Source of the DNA: Candidatus Dormibacteria bacterium | GTDB lineage: Bacteria > Chloroflexota > Dormibacteria > Aeolococcales > Bog-877 | DNA: 64,000 nt | Direction: 5' to 3' | Assembly (NCBI GenBank): GCA_050734425.1 | Contig: JBOHUL010000083.1 | Coordinates: 6,934-70,933 of the forward strand | In this document: positions 28,951-39,204 of the stretch, piece by piece | Numbering within the stretch: the stretch's first letter is position 1 | Layout: every line of letters starts with the position of its first letter | Notes under the pieces: generated by a model | What the model saw: the letters and a program-made list of their open reading frames with translations, nothing else | What the model was told of the DNA's origin: nothing | The model's database searches: none | Made by a program: the position numbers and the translations under genes

Positions 28951-30285
28951 ATGATCGACCGCTACGCCCCGCAGGAGTTGCGGGAGCTGTGGTCGGACGG
29001 GACCCGGCTCGGGCTCTGGCTCGAGGTCGAGCTGGCGGTCTGTGAGGCCAGGGCCGAGCTGGGCCAGCTGGACGGCGAGGAGCTGCCGGCCCTGCGCCGG
29101 GCCCGCCCCCCTAGCCCGGCCCGGGTGGCTGAGCTGGAGGCCGAGCAGGGCCACGACCTGGCCGCCTTTGTCAGCGCGGTCCAGGAGCAGCTGGGCCGGG
29201 AGGGGGGCCAGATCCACCTGGGCCTGACCAGCCAGGACGTGGTCGACACCGCTTTGGCGCTGCAGCTGGTCCGTGCCAGCCGCTACATCGCGGACAGGCT
29301 GGAGGTGCTCCTGGGGCGGTTGGCGGAACTGGCCCGGGCCCACCGGGCGACCCCAATGGCCGGACGGACCCACGGGATGCACGCCGAGCCGGTGACCTTC
29401 GGCTTCGTCCTGGCCAACCACTACGACGAGCTGCGCCGTTCCGCCGAGCGCTTCCACCGGGCCGCGGCCGAGGTCGAGGTGGGCAAGCTCTCGGGGACGG
29501 TCGGGACCCACTCCACCGTCAGCCCCGAGGTCGAGAGCCTGGCCCTATCCCGGCTGGGACTGGCCCCGGCCGCGATCTCGACCCAGGTGGTGGCCCGCGA
29601 CCGCCACGCGGCCTATCTTTGCGCCCTGGCCCTGCTCGGCGGGGTGTCCGAGCGCCTGGCGGTGACACTGAGGCAGCTGCAAAGGACTGAGGTCGCCGAG
29701 GTCCAAGAGCCATTCGGGTCGCGGCAGAAGGGGTCGTCGGCCATGCCTCACAAGCGCAACCCGGTCAAGCTGGAGCAGGTCTCGGGCCTGGCCCGGCTGC
29801 TGCGGGGCTGGGCAGTGGCAGGTCTGGAGGACATCGCCCTCTGGCAGGAGCGTGACATCTCCCACTCCTCGGTGGAGCGGGTGGCGCTGCCGGACGCCAC
29901 CATGGTCACCGGCCACATCCTCAAGACCCTAGAGGGGGTGCTCGCGGGCCTGGTCGTGGACGAGGCCCAGATGAGGGCCAACCTGGAGCGCCGGGGCGGC
30001 ATCGCCCGGAGCCAGTCGCTGCTCTTGGCGCTGATCGAGAGAGGGGAGCCGCGGGAGAGCGCCTACCGCCTGGTCCAGGCTCTGGCCCACGAGGCCGACC
30101 GCCCCGGCGGGGACTTCCGGGCCCTGGCGCTGGGAAGTCCCCGGGTGCGGGAGCGGCTGAGCCCGGCCGAGGTCGAGGCCTGCTTCGACCTGGGGCCGTC
30201 CCTGGCCGGTGTGGAGGAGAGCTTCCGGCGCCTGGGCCTGGGGCTGAAGCAGCCGGCTCTGCTGGAGGTGTCGGGCGGTGGCTGA
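28951..30285 (+). CDS. purB: Adenylosuccinate lyase
   Basis: Within ORF 28654..30285 the start is the ATG at 28951 (MIDRYAPQELRELWSD). The product has fumarate-lyase signature regions (GSSAMPHKRNP). Confidence 0.85.
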   Translation: MIDRYAPQELRELWSDGTRLGLWLEVELAVCEARAELGQLDGEELPALRRARPPSPARVAELEAEQGHDLAAFVSAVQEQLGREGGQIHLGLTSQDVVDTALALQLVRASRYIADRLEVLLGRLAELARAHRATPMAGRTHGMHAEPVTFGFVLANHYDELRRSAERFHRAAAEVEVGKLSGTVGTHSTVSPEVESLALSRLGLAPAAISTQVVARDRHAAYLCALALLGGVSERLAVTLRQLQRTEVAEVQEPFGSRQKGSSAMPHKRNPVKLEQVSGLARLLRGWAVAGLEDIALWQERDISHSSVERVALPDATMVTGHILKTLEGVLAGLVVDEAQMRANLERRGGIARSQSLLLALIERGEPRESAYRLVQALAHEADRPGGDFRALALGSPRVRERLSPAEVEACFDLGPSLAGVEESFRRLGLGLKQPALLEVSGGG

Positions 30286-31168
30286 GTCGCCAACCGCCCC
30301 GGAGTCGGTTGGGGATATCGAGCTACTGGAGCTGCCGCTCTTCCGCCGCGGCAAGGTTCGGGACACCTTCGATCTAGGAGACCGGCTCCTGATGGTCGCC
30401 ACCGACCGCATCTCCGCCTTCGACTGCGTCCTCCAAGACCTCATCCCCCACAAGGGGGTGGTGCTGACGCAGATGTCCAAGCACTGGTTCCGCAAGACCC
30501 AGGACCTGGTGCCCAACCACCTGCTCCCCGACGACCCTCCCTCGGTGCCCGGGCTGCCCCCCGCCTACTGGGAGCGGACGATGCTGGTGCGCCGGGCGGA
30601 GCGGGTCGACATTGAGTGCGTGGTTCGAGGACGGCTGGCGGGGAGCGGCTGGGTGGAGTACCAGGAGAGGGGAACCCTGGCGGACGAACCCCTGCCCCCT
30701 GGACTCGTCTTCGGCCAGGAGCTGCCGGATTTGCGCTTCACCCCCGCCACCAAGAACGATGAGGGCCACGACGAGAACATCAGCCGGTCCCGATTGGGGC
30801 AGTTGGTGGGAGTGGAGCTGGGGCGGCGCCTGGAGGAGCTGAGCCTGCGACTGTTCCGTCTGGCCCGGGTCCAGTGCCAGGACGCGGGCTTCATCCTGGT
30901 GGACAGCAAGTTCGAGTTCGGCTTCATCGAGGGCCAGCTCTGTCTCATCGACGAGGTGCTCACCCCCGACTCCTCTAGGCTCTGGGAGGTGGGAGCGGAG
31001 GCCGAGGCCCAGCCCCACGGTTTCGACAAGCAGCCGGTGCGGGACTATCTGATCTCAACAGGATGGGACCGGCGCCCGCCCGCACCCCGGCTGCCGCAGC
31101 AGCTGATCCAGGACACCAGCCGCCGCTACCAGGAGGCCGCCCGGCGGGTCACCAAGAGCGATTCCTAG
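30278..31168 (+). CDS. purC: Phosphoribosylaminoimidazole-succinocarboxamide synthase
   Basis: SAICAR synthetase motifs (GKVRDTFDLGDRLLMVATDRISAFD). GTG start overlapping the purB end. Confidence 0.85.
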   Translation: MAESPTAPESVGDIELLELPLFRRGKVRDTFDLGDRLLMVATDRISAFDCVLQDLIPHKGVVLTQMSKHWFRKTQDLVPNHLLPDDPPSVPGLPPAYWERTMLVRRAERVDIECVVRGRLAGSGWVEYQERGTLADEPLPPGLVFGQELPDLRFTPATKNDEGHDENISRSRLGQLVGVELGRRLEELSLRLFRLARVQCQDAGFILVDSKFEFGFIEGQLCLIDEVLTPDSSRLWEVGAEAEAQPHGFDKQPVRDYLISTGWDRRPPAPRLPQQLIQDTSRRYQEAARRVTKSDS

Positions 31169-31173
31169 CCGAC

Positions 31174-31416
31174 GTGGTGGTCCGCCTCAAGGAGACGGTC
31201 AACGATCCCCAGGGCCTGGTGGTGCAGGAGGGCCTGCACGCCCTGGGCCACCCGGGCGTGCTCTCGGCCCGGGTGGGGAAGTTCATCTCCCTGGAGCTGG
31301 AGGGGGAGGACGAGGAGGTGGTCCGCGAGGAGGTGGAGGAGATGTGCCGCCAGCTCCTCTGCAACGGGGTGGTCGAGGACTACCAGTTCAAGCTCCGCCG
31401 CAGCGAGGTCAGGTGA
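31174..31416 (+). CDS. purS: Phosphoribosylformylglycinamidine synthase subunit PurS
   Basis: 81 aa starting at the GTG at 31174 (MVVRLKETVNDPQGLVVQEGLHALGHPGV...). It lies within the larger ORF 31063..31416, and the stop overlaps the purQ start (GTGA). Confidence 0.8.
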   Translation: MVVRLKETVNDPQGLVVQEGLHALGHPGVLSARVGKFISLELEGEDEEVVREEVEEMCRQLLCNGVVEDYQFKLRRSEVR

Positions 31417-32108
31417 GCTCTCGGGTGGGGGTCGCCGTCTTCCCCGGGACCTGGAGCGACCGCGACTGCCTCTACGCGGCCCGGCTGCTGGGGGCCGATG
31501 CCGTGCCTTTGTGGCACCAGGACCGCGACCTCCAGGGCTCGGAACTGGTGATCCTGCCCGGCGGCTTCGCCTACGGCGACTACCTGAGGGCGGGCGCCGT
31601 CGCCCGCTTCGCCCCCTTGATGGAGGCGGTGGCGGACCACGCCAGGGCGGGCGGAGCGGTGCTTGGGATCTGCAACGGCTTCCAGATCCTCTGTGAGGCT
31701 GGGCTCTTGCCAGGGGCGCTCCTGCGCAACCAGAGCCTCCAGTTCCGCTGCCAGCCGACCACACTTCGGATCACGAGCCCCCGGGGACTCCTGGCGGGGC
31801 TGGCCGACGGGGAGCGGCTCACCCTGCCCATCTCCCACGGGGAGGGGCGCTACCACGCCTCCTTGGAGACCCTGGCCCAGCTTGAGGCCGAGGGTCGCGT
31901 GGCACTGCGGTACTGCGACGAGGGCGGGCGGCTGACCGCCGCGGCCAATCCCAACGGCTCTTTGGCAAACATCGCCGGCGTCCTCAACGAGACGGGCAAC
32001 GTGCTCGGGATGATGCCCCATCCGGAGCGGGCCTGCGAGCCCCTCCTGGGCTCCTCTGACGGCCTGCGCCTGCTCCGATCCGCTCTGCGTCAGCCCAGCC
32101 TCGCTTGA
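31413..32108 (+). CDS. purQ: Phosphoribosylformylglycinamidine synthase I (glutaminase subunit)
   Basis: GTG at 31413 (MSSRVGVAVFPGTWSDRDC). Class-I GATase with GICNGFQIL and MMPHPER. Confidence 0.85.
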   Translation: MSSRVGVAVFPGTWSDRDCLYAARLLGADAVPLWHQDRDLQGSELVILPGGFAYGDYLRAGAVARFAPLMEAVADHARAGGAVLGICNGFQILCEAGLLPGALLRNQSLQFRCQPTTLRITSPRGLLAGLADGERLTLPISHGEGRYHASLETLAQLEAEGRVALRYCDEGGRLTAAANPNGSLANIAGVLNETGNVLGMMPHPERACEPLLGSSDGLRLLRSALRQPSLA

Positions 32109-34369
32109 GTCCGGAGCCCGACTTCCGGGTCCCCGACCCCCTTGAGCTGCGCCGGCTGGGCCTGACCCGAGAGGAGTACCTGGCCGCGGCCCGGGAGCTT
32201 CGACGCCAACCCAATCCCCTGGAGCTGGGGATGCTGGCGGCGCTCTGGTCGGAGCACTGCAGCTACAAGACCTCCAAGCGGCTCTTGCGCCAGCTGCCGA
32301 GCCGCTCGCCGCGGGTGGTCCAGGGACCGGGCGAGAACGCTGGGGTGGTGGACCTGGGCGACGGGCTCTGCTGCTGCTTCAAGATCGAGTCTCACAACCA
32401 TCCCAGCGCGGTGGAACCGGTCCAGGGGGCGGCAACCGGGGTGGGGGGCATCCTCCGCGACGTCTTCGCCATGGGCGCCCGGCCGGTCGCCATCCTCGAC
32501 TCGATCTGGTTCGGCGAGCTGGAGCGACCGGAGCAGCGGCTGCGACTGCGGCGGGTGGTGGAAGGGGTGGGCGGCTACGGTAACTGCGTTGGTGTGGCCA
32601 CCGTAGGGGGGGAGACTCGCTTCCTTCCCGGCTACCGGGACAACTGCCTGGTCAACGCAATGTGCCTGGGGCTGGTGCGGACTGAGGAGGTGGTCCGGGC
32701 TCGCGCTGCCGGGAAGGACAACCCCGTCCTGCTGGTGGGCGCCGACACCGGCCGCGACGGCATCCACGGTGCCGCATTCGCTTCCGAGCGGCTGGAGCCC
32801 GGCGCCGCTCGGCGGCCCCAGGTCCAGATCGGCAACCCCTTCCTGGAGAAGTGCCTGCTCGAGGTGTGCCTGGAGCTGGCCCGCGACCCCGACCTGGTCG
32901 GCCTCCAGGACTGCGGCGCGGCCGGGCTCACCAGCAGCTGCGTCGAGATGGCGGGACGGGGTGGGGTGGGGCTGGAGCTCCAGGTGGACCGTGTCGCCCG
33001 CAGGGAGCGGGGCATGACCCCCTACGAGGTGATGCTGAGCGAGTCCCAGGAGCGCATGGTGCTGGTGGTGCGGCGGGGCAGCGAGGAGCGCTTCCAGGGC
33101 CGCTTCCGGCGTTGGGGCCTGCACAGCGACGTCATCGGGCGGGTGACCCAGGATGGGGTCCTCCGGGTGAGGGATGGGGAAGAGGAGGTCGCCGGGCTGC
33201 CGGTAGCGCTTTTGGTCTCGGGCTGTCCCGAGCGCCGGCCTCCGTCCCGGGCCCCGGAGCTGTCGTCGGTTCTGAGCGCTGATCCGCTCTTGGCCAAGCC
33301 GCCCTGGCCGGCGGCCGAGGCCTGGTTGCGGCTCCTGGCCTCGCCCAACTGTGGCGACAGTCGCTGGGTCTGGCGCCAGTACGACCACCAGGTCGGCGAC
33401 GACACCGTCCTGGGGCCGGGTGGCGACGCCGCCGTCCTGCGCCTCAAGGGGCGCCGCGACGGACTCGCCGTCACCGTCGACGGCGCCCACCGCTCGGCCG
33501 CCCTCGACCCGGCGAGGGGTACGGCCATCGCCGTGGCCGAGGCGGTCCGCAACCTGGCCTGCGTCGGGGCCGAGCCCCTGGCGCTGACCAACTGCCTCAA
33601 CTTCGCGGACCCCGAGAGGCCGGAGGTGATGTGGCAGCTGGAGCAGGCGGTGGCGGGTCTGGCCCAGGCCGCCCGCGCTCTGGGGATACCGGTGGTCAGC
33701 GGCAACGTCAGCCTCTACAACGAGTTCGGAGGGACCGGGATCCCGCCCACCCCCACCATCGGGGTGGTGGGCCAGATCCCCGAGCTGACCAGCGGCCCAC
33801 GGCTCGGCTTCCGGCTGGCGGGCGACCTGGTCGCCCTGGTGGGGAAGGTGGGGGCCGGGCCGGCGGGGGTGGAGCTCGGCGGTTCCGAGTACCAGCTCCT
33901 CAGCTCGGGCCGGCTGGAGGGGCGGCCTCCGGAGCTCGACCTGGAGCGGGAGCGGCAGGCGGCCCAGGCGGTCAGGACCGCAGTCGGCCGAGGCCTGCTC
34001 CAATCGGCGCACGACTGCTCCATGGGAGGGTTGGCGCTGGCGCTGGCCGAGTGCGCCATCCAGGGAGGGGTGGGGGCCAGCATCAAAAGTCCGCTCCCCC
34101 GTCCAGGGACGGCCGGGCCCTCCTGGGAGATGGGCCTGCTCTTCGGCGAGACCCAGGGTCGCTACCTGATCAGCTACGACGAGGGCGACCGGGAGCCTCT
34201 GGTCCGGCTGCTGGCGGAGCTCGGGGTTCCCCTGACCGAGCTGGGACGGGTTGGGGGCGAGGAGGTAGAGCTCCAGGGATTGGCCCGCCTGCCGCTGGGC
34301 GAGGCCCGGAGGGCGTGGGAGGGGGCGATCGCCGGCCAGATGGACCGGCCCGCCCAGCCTGGGGGCTGA
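32105..34369 (+). CDS. purL: Phosphoribosylformylglycinamidine synthase II
   Basis: 754 aa. The TTG start overlaps the purQ stop. SEHCSYKTSK and duplicated AIR-synthase-related domains. Confidence 0.9.
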   Translation: MSPEPDFRVPDPLELRRLGLTREEYLAAARELRRQPNPLELGMLAALWSEHCSYKTSKRLLRQLPSRSPRVVQGPGENAGVVDLGDGLCCCFKIESHNHPSAVEPVQGAATGVGGILRDVFAMGARPVAILDSIWFGELERPEQRLRLRRVVEGVGGYGNCVGVATVGGETRFLPGYRDNCLVNAMCLGLVRTEEVVRARAAGKDNPVLLVGADTGRDGIHGAAFASERLEPGAARRPQVQIGNPFLEKCLLEVCLELARDPDLVGLQDCGAAGLTSSCVEMAGRGGVGLELQVDRVARRERGMTPYEVMLSESQERMVLVVRRGSEERFQGRFRRWGLHSDVIGRVTQDGVLRVRDGEEEVAGLPVALLVSGCPERRPPSRAPELSSVLSADPLLAKPPWPAAEAWLRLLASPNCGDSRWVWRQYDHQVGDDTVLGPGGDAAVLRLKGRRDGLAVTVDGAHRSAALDPARGTAIAVAEAVRNLACVGAEPLALTNCLNFADPERPEVMWQLEQAVAGLAQAARALGIPVVSGNVSLYNEFGGTGIPPTPTIGVVGQIPELTSGPRLGFRLAGDLVALVGKVGAGPAGVELGGSEYQLLSSGRLEGRPPELDLERERQAAQAVRTAVGRGLLQSAHDCSMGGLALALAECAIQGGVGASIKSPLPRPGTAGPSWEMGLLFGETQGRYLISYDEGDREPLVRLLAELGVPLTELGRVGGEEVELQGLARLPLGEARRAWEGAIAGQMDRPAQPGG

Positions 34370-34375
34370 CTGACC

Positions 34376-35914
34376 TTGTCGCTGGCGGCGTGGATGGCGC
34401 CGCTTGCGGGTATTCTTGTGATGGTGAGAGCCCAGGCAGGCCCCCCCGCGGCCCGGTCCCCGGTCGGTCCGGGTGGGACGGCCGAGCCCGACAAGCTGCA
34501 CGAGGCGTGCGGCATCTTCGGGATATTCCTCCCTGAGGAGGAGGTCGCCAACCTCTGCTATCTCGGGCTCTACGCGCTCCAGCACAGGGGCCAGGAGTCC
34601 GCTGGGATCTGCACCTCCGACGGGGAGCGGCTCCACCTCCACCGGGACATGGGGCTGGTGGGGCAGGTCTTCTCAGGTGAGGAGCTGGCCCAGCTGCGGG
34701 GGGGGCTGGGGATAGGCCACACCCGCTATTCCACGACCGGTTCCTCGCGACTCAGCAACGCCCAACCCTTCACGTTCGAGCACGGCCAGCTGGGGCCGGT
34801 GGCCCTGGCCCACAACGGCAACCTGACCAATACCGCCACGCTCAAGGAAGGGCTGGTGGAGGAGGGCCAGGAGTTCCATACCTCCAGCGACACCGAGATC
34901 CTGGCGACCCTCCTGTCCCGGACCCCGGGGGAGAGCCTGGCAGTGGTGCTGGAGCGGGCCCTGCCCCGGGCCCAGGGCGCCTACTCCCTGGGGTTCATCA
35001 CCAAAGACAGCCTGGTCGCCGCCCGCGACCCGCTGGGAATCCGGCCGCTGTGCATCGGCCGCCTGGGGCCAGAGGACGCCCCCGGGGGTAGTGGCTACAT
35101 CGTCGCCAGCGAGACCTGCGCCCTGGATGTTGTCGGGGCCCGGCTGATCCGCGAGGTCCGCCCGGGAGAGATCGTCACCATCGACCGTGAGGGACTCCGC
35201 TCCGCCCAGTTCGGCGAGCGCCGCCACCCGGCCATGTGCTCCTTCGAGTTCATCTACTTTGCCCGCCCGGACTCGGTGCTGCAGCAGCGCAGCCTCTACG
35301 AGGCCCGGCGGGAGATGGGGGCGCAGCTGGCCCGGGAGTCGCCGGTGGAGGCGGATCTGGTGATACCCCTGCCAGACTCCGGCACCCCCGCCGCGATCGG
35401 CTACGCGGAGGAGAGCCGGCTGCACTTCGCCGAGGGCATGATCAAGTCGCGCTACATCAACCGCACCTTCCTGCAGCCGGAGCAGGGCCTGCGCGACGCC
35501 GGGGTCCGACTCAAATTCAACCCCATGCGCCATGTGCTCGAGGGCAAGCGAGTGATCCTGGTGGACGACTCCATAGTGCGCGGCTCCACCTCAAGGCGGA
35601 TCGTCGAGGCCCTGCGCCGGGCGGGAGCCCTCCAGGTGCACGTCCGGGTGGCGTCACCGCCGATCCGCTTCCCCTGCTTCATGGGCATCGACATCGCCAG
35701 CCGCAGCGAGCTCATCGCGGCCGGTCGCAGCCTGCAGGAGGTGCGCCAGCTGATCGGGGCCGATTCCCTCGCCTATCTCAGCCTCAAGGGGTTGCGCCAG
35801 GCTCTGCGGGCCAACCAGAACGGCTCGGGTTTCTGCTTCGCCTGCCTGGACGGCGCCTACCCGATCCAGGTCCCGCAGCAACTGGAGATGGACAAGCTGG
35901 CACTTGAAAGCTGA
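34376..35914 (+). CDS. purF: Amidophosphoribosyltransferase
   Basis: The Ntn Cys in HEACGIFGIF follows a propeptide. The protein has a PRTase motif (VILVDDSIVRGSTS) and Fe-S cluster Cys residues near the C-terminus. The start is uncertain (34376 or 34421). Confidence 0.85.
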   Translation: MSLAAWMAPLAGILVMVRAQAGPPAARSPVGPGGTAEPDKLHEACGIFGIFLPEEEVANLCYLGLYALQHRGQESAGICTSDGERLHLHRDMGLVGQVFSGEELAQLRGGLGIGHTRYSTTGSSRLSNAQPFTFEHGQLGPVALAHNGNLTNTATLKEGLVEEGQEFHTSSDTEILATLLSRTPGESLAVVLERALPRAQGAYSLGFITKDSLVAARDPLGIRPLCIGRLGPEDAPGGSGYIVASETCALDVVGARLIREVRPGEIVTIDREGLRSAQFGERRHPAMCSFEFIYFARPDSVLQQRSLYEARREMGAQLARESPVEADLVIPLPDSGTPAAIGYAEESRLHFAEGMIKSRYINRTFLQPEQGLRDAGVRLKFNPMRHVLEGKRVILVDDSIVRGSTSRRIVEALRRAGALQVHVRVASPPIRFPCFMGIDIASRSELIAAGRSLQEVRQLIGADSLAYLSLKGLRQALRANQNGSGFCFACLDGAYPIQVPQQLEMDKLALES

Positions 35915-35921
35915 GAGGGAA

Positions 35922-36959
35922 GTGGTGGGGGGCGGGGCTCTGAACCGCTATGCCGAGGCGGGGGTGGACCGCGCCCGGGCCCGGCTCGCGGTCAGCCGCA
36001 TCGCCGAGTTGGCCCAGGGCACCCAGGGCGCCCATGTCCTCGGGGGGATCGGGCCCTTCGCCGCCCTCTGGCAGCTGGGGCCGGACCTGCCGAAGGACCC
36101 GATTCTGGTCAGCTCCACCGACTCGGTCGGCACCAAGGTCAAGGTGGCGGTGGCCCTGGGGCGGCACCGGGGTATAGGCGAGGACGTGGTCAACCACTGC
36201 GTCAACGACGTGCTCACCACCGGAGCCAGTCCTCTCTTCTTCCTCGACTACTTCGCGAGCGGGCACCTGGAGGAGTCGGTGCTGCAGCAGCTGGCGGAGG
36301 GCATGGCCCTGGCCTGCCGCCAGAACGGCTGCGCTCTGATCGGGGGGGAGACCGCCGAGATGCCCGGGGTCTACGGCCTCGGCGACTACGACCTGGCCGG
36401 GTTCGTCGTCGGCCTGAGCGCCAAGGAGGACCTGCTGGGGCCGTCGCGCGTGTGCCCCGGTGACCGGCTCCTGGGTCTCGCCTCGACCGGGCTCCACACC
36501 AACGGGTACTCTCTGGTCCGTCACCTGCTGACCGAGCGGGAGATGGACTACGGTGCCACCCTGCCCGGAACCGACGCCCCCTTGGGGGCCCTGCTCCTGG
36601 CCGTGCACGCCTCCTACCTGGAGCCGGTGCGGGAGTTGCGGCGGCTGGGGGAGGTGCACTCGCTGGCCCACATCACCGGCGGGGGCATCCCGGAGAACCT
36701 GCCCCGGGCGCTGCCGGAGTCGCTGGAGGGGGCGGTGGACCTGGGCGCCTGGACGGTGCCGCCCCTCTTCTCCGCCCTGGGGGAGCTGGGGGCCGTGCCC
36801 GAGGACGAGCTCTGGCGCACCTTCAACATGGGGGTGGGCATGATCGCGGCCGTCCCCGAGGCGACCTGCCGGGCGGCCCTCGGCCGACCTGAGCTGGGGT
36901 TCTTCGAGATGGGCCGGGTCGGGGAACGTCAAGGCCCCGACCGGGTCCGCCTCCTCTGA
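35922..36959 (+). CDS. purM: Phosphoribosylformylglycinamidine cyclo-ligase (AIR synthase)
   Basis: ORF 35904..36959. The GTG at 35922 follows GAGAGGG. The AIR synthase N- and C-domains are present (SSTDSVGTKVKVA, LIGGETAEMPG). Confidence 0.85.
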   Translation: MVGGGALNRYAEAGVDRARARLAVSRIAELAQGTQGAHVLGGIGPFAALWQLGPDLPKDPILVSSTDSVGTKVKVAVALGRHRGIGEDVVNHCVNDVLTTGASPLFFLDYFASGHLEESVLQQLAEGMALACRQNGCALIGGETAEMPGVYGLGDYDLAGFVVGLSAKEDLLGPSRVCPGDRLLGLASTGLHTNGYSLVRHLLTEREMDYGATLPGTDAPLGALLLAVHASYLEPVRELRRLGEVHSLAHITGGGIPENLPRALPESLEGAVDLGAWTVPPLFSALGELGAVPEDELWRTFNMGVGMIAAVPEATCRAALGRPELGFFEMGRVGERQGPDRVRLL

Positions 36960-36970
36960 CCGCCACGCCG

Positions 36971-37597
36971 GTGGAGCGCATCGGCCTGGGGGTTCTGATC
37001 TCAGGCAACGGCACCAACCTCAGGGCCCTGATCCAGGCCCAAGACCAGGAGGCGTACCCGGCCCGGCTGGTCGGCGTGGCCAGCAACCGCCCCAAGTGCC
37101 CGGGCCTGGAGGTGGCGCGCCAAGCGGGCCTGCCCGAGCGCTCCTTTCCCCAGACCACTTTCTCCGGCGACGCGGAGGCCAGGGACCAGGCAGTCGCGTC
37201 GTGGCTCCTGTCCCAGGGGACGGAGATCCTGATCTTGGCCGGCTACGACCGGATCCTGACCCGACCTTTGCTGCGCGCCTTTCCCGGCCGGATCCTCAAC
37301 CTCCACAACAGCCTTCTGCCGGCCTTCGCAGGGACCATGGACGCGGTCGAGCAGGCGCTCGAGCATGGGGTCAAGGTCACCGGCTGCACCGTCCACTTGG
37401 TGGACGAGGACTACCTTGACGGGGGGCCGATCGTGGCCCAGGCCCCAGTCGAGGTCAGAGAGGGCGACACCCCGGACTCGCTGCTGCAGCGGATCCACCA
37501 GGAGGAGTGGCGGATCCTGCCCCAGGCGGTGGCCCTGCTGGCCACCGGCCGGCTGCGGGTCGAGGGGCGCAAGGTCCACCTCGAGGCTGCGCCCTGA
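36971..37597 (+). CDS. purN: Phosphoribosylglycinamide formyltransferase
   Basis: LISGNGTNLRAL, a catalytic NLHNSLLP motif and HLVDEDYLDGGPI. Confidence 0.85.
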   Translation: MERIGLGVLISGNGTNLRALIQAQDQEAYPARLVGVASNRPKCPGLEVARQAGLPERSFPQTTFSGDAEARDQAVASWLLSQGTEILILAGYDRILTRPLLRAFPGRILNLHNSLLPAFAGTMDAVEQALEHGVKVTGCTVHLVDEDYLDGGPIVAQAPVEVREGDTPDSLLQRIHQEEWRILPQAVALLATGRLRVEGRKVHLEAAP

Positions 37598-39135
37598 CCC
37601 GCCGCGCCCTACTCGGCCCGGACGACAAGGAGGGCCTGGCTGACTTCGCCCGAGGGCTGGTCGCGCTGGGCTTCGAGCTGGTGGCGACCGGGCGCACCGA
37701 GCGGCTCCTGCGGGAGTCCGGGATCCCGGTCCTGGCCGTGGCCCAGGTGACCGGAACCGAGGAGATGCTGGAGGGGCGGGTCAAGACCCTGCACCCCGCC
37801 ATTCACGCCGGCATCCTGGCCCGACGCGACCACCCTGAGGACATGACCGAGCTGGGGCGGCTGGGCTTCGCCCCCATAGACCTGGTCTGCTGCAACCTCT
37901 ACCCCTTCGCCAATGTGGTGGCTGGAGGAGGTGTGGAGGCGGAGGCGCTGGCGGCGATCGACATCGGGGGTCCCACCCTGCTCAGGGCAGCCGCCAAGAA
38001 TTTCGCCTCGGTCCTGGTCGTCTCCTCCCCGGGGCAATACCCAGAGGTGCTGCAGGGGCTGCGCCAGGGCGGACCTGGCTCGGAGCTGCGCCGGCGCCTG
38101 GCCCACGACGCCTTCCGCCTGGTCTCCGAGTACGACAGACGGATCGCGGACTACCTGGCGCCGGGCGCGCTCGAAGAGGGCGGCTGCCCCACGGAGCTGA
38201 GCCTGAGCGCCCGGCTGGTCGCCCCTCTCCGCTACGGCGAGAACCCCCACCAGTCGGGCGGCCTGTACCAGACCGGGTACCCACCTCGGGCGCTGGCCCA
38301 GTTGCACCAGGTCCAGGGAGATCCCCTCTCCTATATCAACTGGCTCGACCTGGACGCGGCGCGGGCCCTGGCCTACTCGCTGCCGGTCCCCGCGGCGGTG
38401 ATCGTCAAGCACGCCAACCCCTGCGGGGTGGCGCTCGGCTCAGATCCGGCCAAGGCCTTCGCTGCTGCCTACGAGTGTGACCCCCGCTCCGCCTACGGCG
38501 GGATCGTCGCCCTCAACTGCGAGTTAGACGAGGAGGCGGCGAAGTCGATTGCCGGCCACTTCCTCGAGGTCCTGGTGGTGCCCAAGCTGGGGCGCGGGGC
38601 CGGGGACAGGCTCCAGACCAGACCGCGGCTGCGGGTGCTGGAGGACCCTGGGGGCGTCCACTCGCGCCCAGAGCGGTCGGAGGTGGAGGTGCGCAGTGTC
38701 GACGGCGGCCTCCTGGCCCAGACCCCCGACTGGGGGTTGGACGACGAGGCGGCCTTCCAGGTGACCTCCGGGCGCCAGCCGACGGACCGGGAGTGGTCGC
38801 AGCTGCGCCTGGCCTGGGCCGTCTGCCGGGCCGTCCGTTCCAATGCCATCGTCCTCTGCCGCGACGACCGGGCGATGGGCATCGGGGCGGGCCAGATGTC
38901 CCGGGTCGAGGCGGTGGAGCTGGCGGTCAGGCGGGCGGGCGAGCAGGCCCAGGGCTCGGTCTTGGCCTCGGACGCCTTCTTTCCCATGGCCGACGGCCTG
39001 GAGGTGGCGGCTGAGGCAGGTGTCTCCGCCGCGATCCATCCGGGTGGGTCCAAGCGGGACCCCGAGGTGATCGCGGCTGCGGACCGCCACGGCATGGCCC
39101 TGGTCGCTACCGGTCGGCGCCACTTCCGCCACTGA
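37507..39135 (+). CDS. purH: Bifunctional AICAR transformylase / IMP cyclohydrolase
   Basis: The homologous N-terminus (ALLGPDDKEGLADFARGLVALGFELVATG) begins about 37600. The only canonical in-frame start is the ATG at 37507, which would overlap purN by 91 nt, so the true start is uncertain. Confidence 0.8.
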   Translation: MADPAPGGGPAGHRPAAGRGAQGPPRGCALTRRALLGPDDKEGLADFARGLVALGFELVATGRTERLLRESGIPVLAVAQVTGTEEMLEGRVKTLHPAIHAGILARRDHPEDMTELGRLGFAPIDLVCCNLYPFANVVAGGGVEAEALAAIDIGGPTLLRAAAKNFASVLVVSSPGQYPEVLQGLRQGGPGSELRRRLAHDAFRLVSEYDRRIADYLAPGALEEGGCPTELSLSARLVAPLRYGENPHQSGGLYQTGYPPRALAQLHQVQGDPLSYINWLDLDAARALAYSLPVPAAVIVKHANPCGVALGSDPAKAFAAAYECDPRSAYGGIVALNCELDEEAAKSIAGHFLEVLVVPKLGRGAGDRLQTRPRLRVLEDPGGVHSRPERSEVEVRSVDGGLLAQTPDWGLDDEAAFQVTSGRQPTDREWSQLRLAWAVCRAVRSNAIVLCRDDRAMGIGAGQMSRVEAVELAVRRAGEQAQGSVLASDAFFPMADGLEVAAEAGVSAAIHPGGSKRDPEVIAAADRHGMALVATGRRHFRH

Positions 39136-39204
39136 TCCCGGGTGGGTCCCACCGCGCCACCGTTTGTGTATGGTGCGCCCGGGGAGTCCCAGGAGGTGAC
39201 TGCG

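Noticed and set aside
32090-34642. 850-aa ORF on the minus strand
   Set aside because: Antisense to purL and purF, which are unmistakable.
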